Below the pieces are notes generated by a model that did no database searches, was not told the DNA's origin, and worked only from the letters and a program-made list of their open reading frames with translations. Of a stretch of DNA of 64,000 nucleotides, positions 61,912 through 64,000 are shown in pieces. Position numbers and translations under genes: made by a program. The DNA comes from an uncultured Acidobacteriaceae bacterium (lineage in GTDB: Bacteria > Acidobacteriota > Terriglobia > Terriglobales > Acidobacteriaceae), in NCBI GenBank assembly GCA_963834085.1, contig CAWIAJ010000003.1, positions 3,834-67,833 of the forward strand, read 5' to 3'. Position 1 is the stretch's first letter; every line of letters begins with the position of its first letter.

Positions 61912-63454
61912 TTACTCCGGTTGCTGCTTGGGCACCGGAGGTTCGTAGGGCTCATCGATTCCTTTTTGCGCCGCAATTTTAGCTTCCGGCGGCGTACCTC
62001 CTACGACGTTCAGAGCGGCGCGATATTGATCGAGCGCCGAGAAACGATCTTCCCGCAAATCGAAAATTCGGCCGAGATAAATATGTGACCAAGCCAACAC
62101 CTTCGGTTCGTGCGCGGTTTCGAGCGCCTGCTCAAAGTATTTGCGAGCGCCGTCCATGTCGCGGTTGGCGGTGGCGACTTCCGCCAAAATAAACAAGGCG
62201 CGTCCGGAATCTTCTTCCTGCTCGTCGAGGGCCTTTTGCGCCAGCTTTTGTGCTGTTTCGGGATCGCCAGCCGCCAGTCGCCGCTCCGCGTTTAATAGCA
62301 GGTGCTCGTCGGGGTGACCGGCTAGATGCAGCAGTTCAGGCGCAGCCTCGCTCGCGTATTGAATATAGGATGCCCGCTTGCGTTCTTTCCCTACGTCGAT
62401 CGATCCGAGCAGATCAGTGTAATCGTTGCGCATGCCGGCGGGGTCTTTTTCGAATCGCCCGAGCGCGTCGTAAAAATATCGCGTGAGAACGTAGCCTTCT
62501 TTGTCGGCATCGTCGAGATCTTTGGCGCGCTGGGTCTCGGGAGTTTTCAGGGGCAGCAGACGTTCTTCGATCGCGCGCACAAGGCACTCGGTAACGAGAA
62601 GAGAGATGTTGGTCTTGAACGCTTCGTCCATAGGGGCGTTCTTGACCTCTTCGAGAAGCGGTTCGAGGCGTTTGAAGGCGCCGCCGTTCTTCATGGCCAG
62701 GGGATCGAGGAGATAATGCAGGTAGGTGTGTTGGATCTGCTGCATTTTGATCGCGGTGCTCGAGGTGGGAGAGATGACCACATAATAATCGGAGGCGTAT
62801 TGGCGGGCGTTGGTTTGTCCCGGAGCGCCCATGGCATCGAGATAGACGGTGAACTGGCGTCCGAGGTAGCCCGAGGACGGCATCTTCAGATAGATTTCGG
62901 TGTCGAAGGTCATTTTCGCCAGCGGGACATGATAAGTCTCGGCGAGTTGGGTGTAGCGCGCGTTGTGGCGTTGCCAAACGGCGTGCAGTCCCAGCTTCTC
63001 GTAGAAGGTCCGCATGAGCGGGACAAAGTCGGCGACGACGGCGGCATCGGGCGGGAGTTCCGAGGGTTTCGCTTTCAGGCCGAAGGCAGGAGGTTCATCG
63101 AGATAGAGAGCTAGCGATACATATTGGGAGAGGTCGCGAGCGGGCTCCGGGGCTTGGTGCTGGCGGTAGAAAAGGCACATCGGAGCGATCACGTCGTGAG
63201 CGCCAGCGGTGTTTTCAACGGTCTTGCCGATTTCGAGACGAATCTGGGTGCGAAGGGGATCGGAAATATTCAATTCCTGATCGTAACCGCAGGTGTTAAT
63301 GGCGGCCAGGACGGTAAAGAGAGTCTCGCTGGTCTCGAGAGAAACATTTGGCGCGCTCTGCGCAAATGCGGTGAGAGAGAGGGCGATGGCCAGCGATTGC
63401 AGCGAGAGGCAGTCGAGCGAGTTGTATCAGGAAAGCACTTCTGGTCCTAAACAT
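61912..63454 (-). CDS. secreted hypothetical protein with C-terminal TPR repeats; the 5' end appears frameshifted as sequenced
   Basis: The track ORF 61912..63273 starts at TTG, but the same frame stays open upstream to 63426 and encodes a signal-peptide core (SLQSLAIALSLTAFAQSAPN) with no start codon. An ATG with a basic n-region (MFRTRSAFLIQL, 63454) lies one frame off. Confidence 0.55.
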
Positions 63455-63646
63455 AGACGGATCAAATAACAGTTTAGTGTACGAACTTGGGAATTAGCGG
63501 TCAAACGCGGGAATGCAGAGAAAAGCGGTCTAGTCTGGTATGAGGAGCATAGATAAGTGTGCCGGGGCGAACTTTACGAGCGCGGGCCAGTTGGTTTGAC
63601 CGTCCACGCTAGTACTTGATCTTTATCTCTCACGCCATCGTTTACG

Positions 63647-64000
63647 CTAACCTTTTACGCTGATCTTGGAGAACGACAGCACGGCTGTTCCGCGGGTAGG
63701 CCGTCCCATGGAGAGCGCCGGACGGAAGGTTGTGAAAATCAAGAGATTTTTTAATTCCGGCAAAACGCTCTTGGCTTCTTCAGGTTGAGACAGGACTCGG
63801 TAATCGTCAACGCGGCCGTTTGCATCAACGTAAGCCTCGATCACTAACGCGTCATCGCCCACATTGCCGAGCGATGTGCCAAATGCGGATTGCTCAAGCT
63901 GAGGGCCGGTGTAGAGAGTGAGCGGAACGTCTCCGCTGCTCGCTCGTAATTCAGCGGGCAAGGCAAAGAAGCCCAGGAGAAGTCCAAAGAAGAGAATTGC
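63647..64000 (-). CDS. membrane-anchored protein with a TonB-C-like C-terminal domain (5' end outside the window)
   Basis: The frame is open to the window edge and reads AILFFGLLLGFFALPAELRASS..., a TM helix. The C-terminus VIEAYVDANGRVDDYRVLSQPEEAKSVLPELKNLLIFTTFRPALSMGRPTRGTAVLSF has a TonB_C-like pattern. Confidence 0.45.
   Translation of the reverse strand, partial: AILFFGLLLGFFALPAELRASSGDVPLTLYTGPQLEQSAFGTSLGNVGDDALVIEAYVDANGRVDDYRVLSQPEEAKSVLPELKNLLIFTTFRPALSMGRPTRGTAVLSFSKISVKG

Noticed and set aside
63124-63450. 108-aa plus-strand ORF
   Set aside because: It is antisense to the 5' part of the secreted TPR protein gene, where the minus strand carries the signal-peptide coding sequence.

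Overview
This is a GC-rich chromosomal segment whose gene content suggests an Acidobacteriota (Terriglobia-type) genome. That is an inference from a GWxTD protein, TonB-dependent receptors with carboxypeptidase-regulatory domains, scattered MacB/FtsX efflux parts and signal peptidases with an unusual C-terminal tail. I support about 60 protein-coding genes, mostly envelope and housekeeping. They include two TonB-dependent receptors (one cut by the window start and absent from the ORF track), dispersed MacAB-type efflux parts, sodC and an FKBP isomerase. Also present are an M16 peptidase, rlmN, two histidine kinases with a LuxR-type regulator, a TonB/M48 pair, the gcvT-gcvH-gcvPA-gcvPB operon, thiolase and acyl-CoA dehydrogenase, a CNNM/TlyC protein, Opp/Dpp-type permeases, a D-aminoacylase, and an rnc-lepB-lepB-lepB-asmA string. 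I saw no rRNA, tRNA, CRISPR array, integrase or transposase. No single clearly novel multi-gene system stands out. Six things deserve a second look. (1) A 2.9-kb toxin-antitoxin-rich islet sits exactly between the two permease genes of one ABC importer. (2) Five single-nucleotide reading-frame breaks occur, in gcvPA, gcvPB, the acyl-CoA dehydrogenase, a ParE toxin and one 5' end. (3) Three signal peptidase I genes lie in tandem. (4) An orphan 55-aa Flp pilin gene is missing from the ORF track. (5) An AT-rich cluster of GTAC palindromes lies upstream of sodC. (6) Several families of short intergenic hairpins and repeats recur across the window. All coordinates were read by hand from the sequence, and no similarity searches were run.
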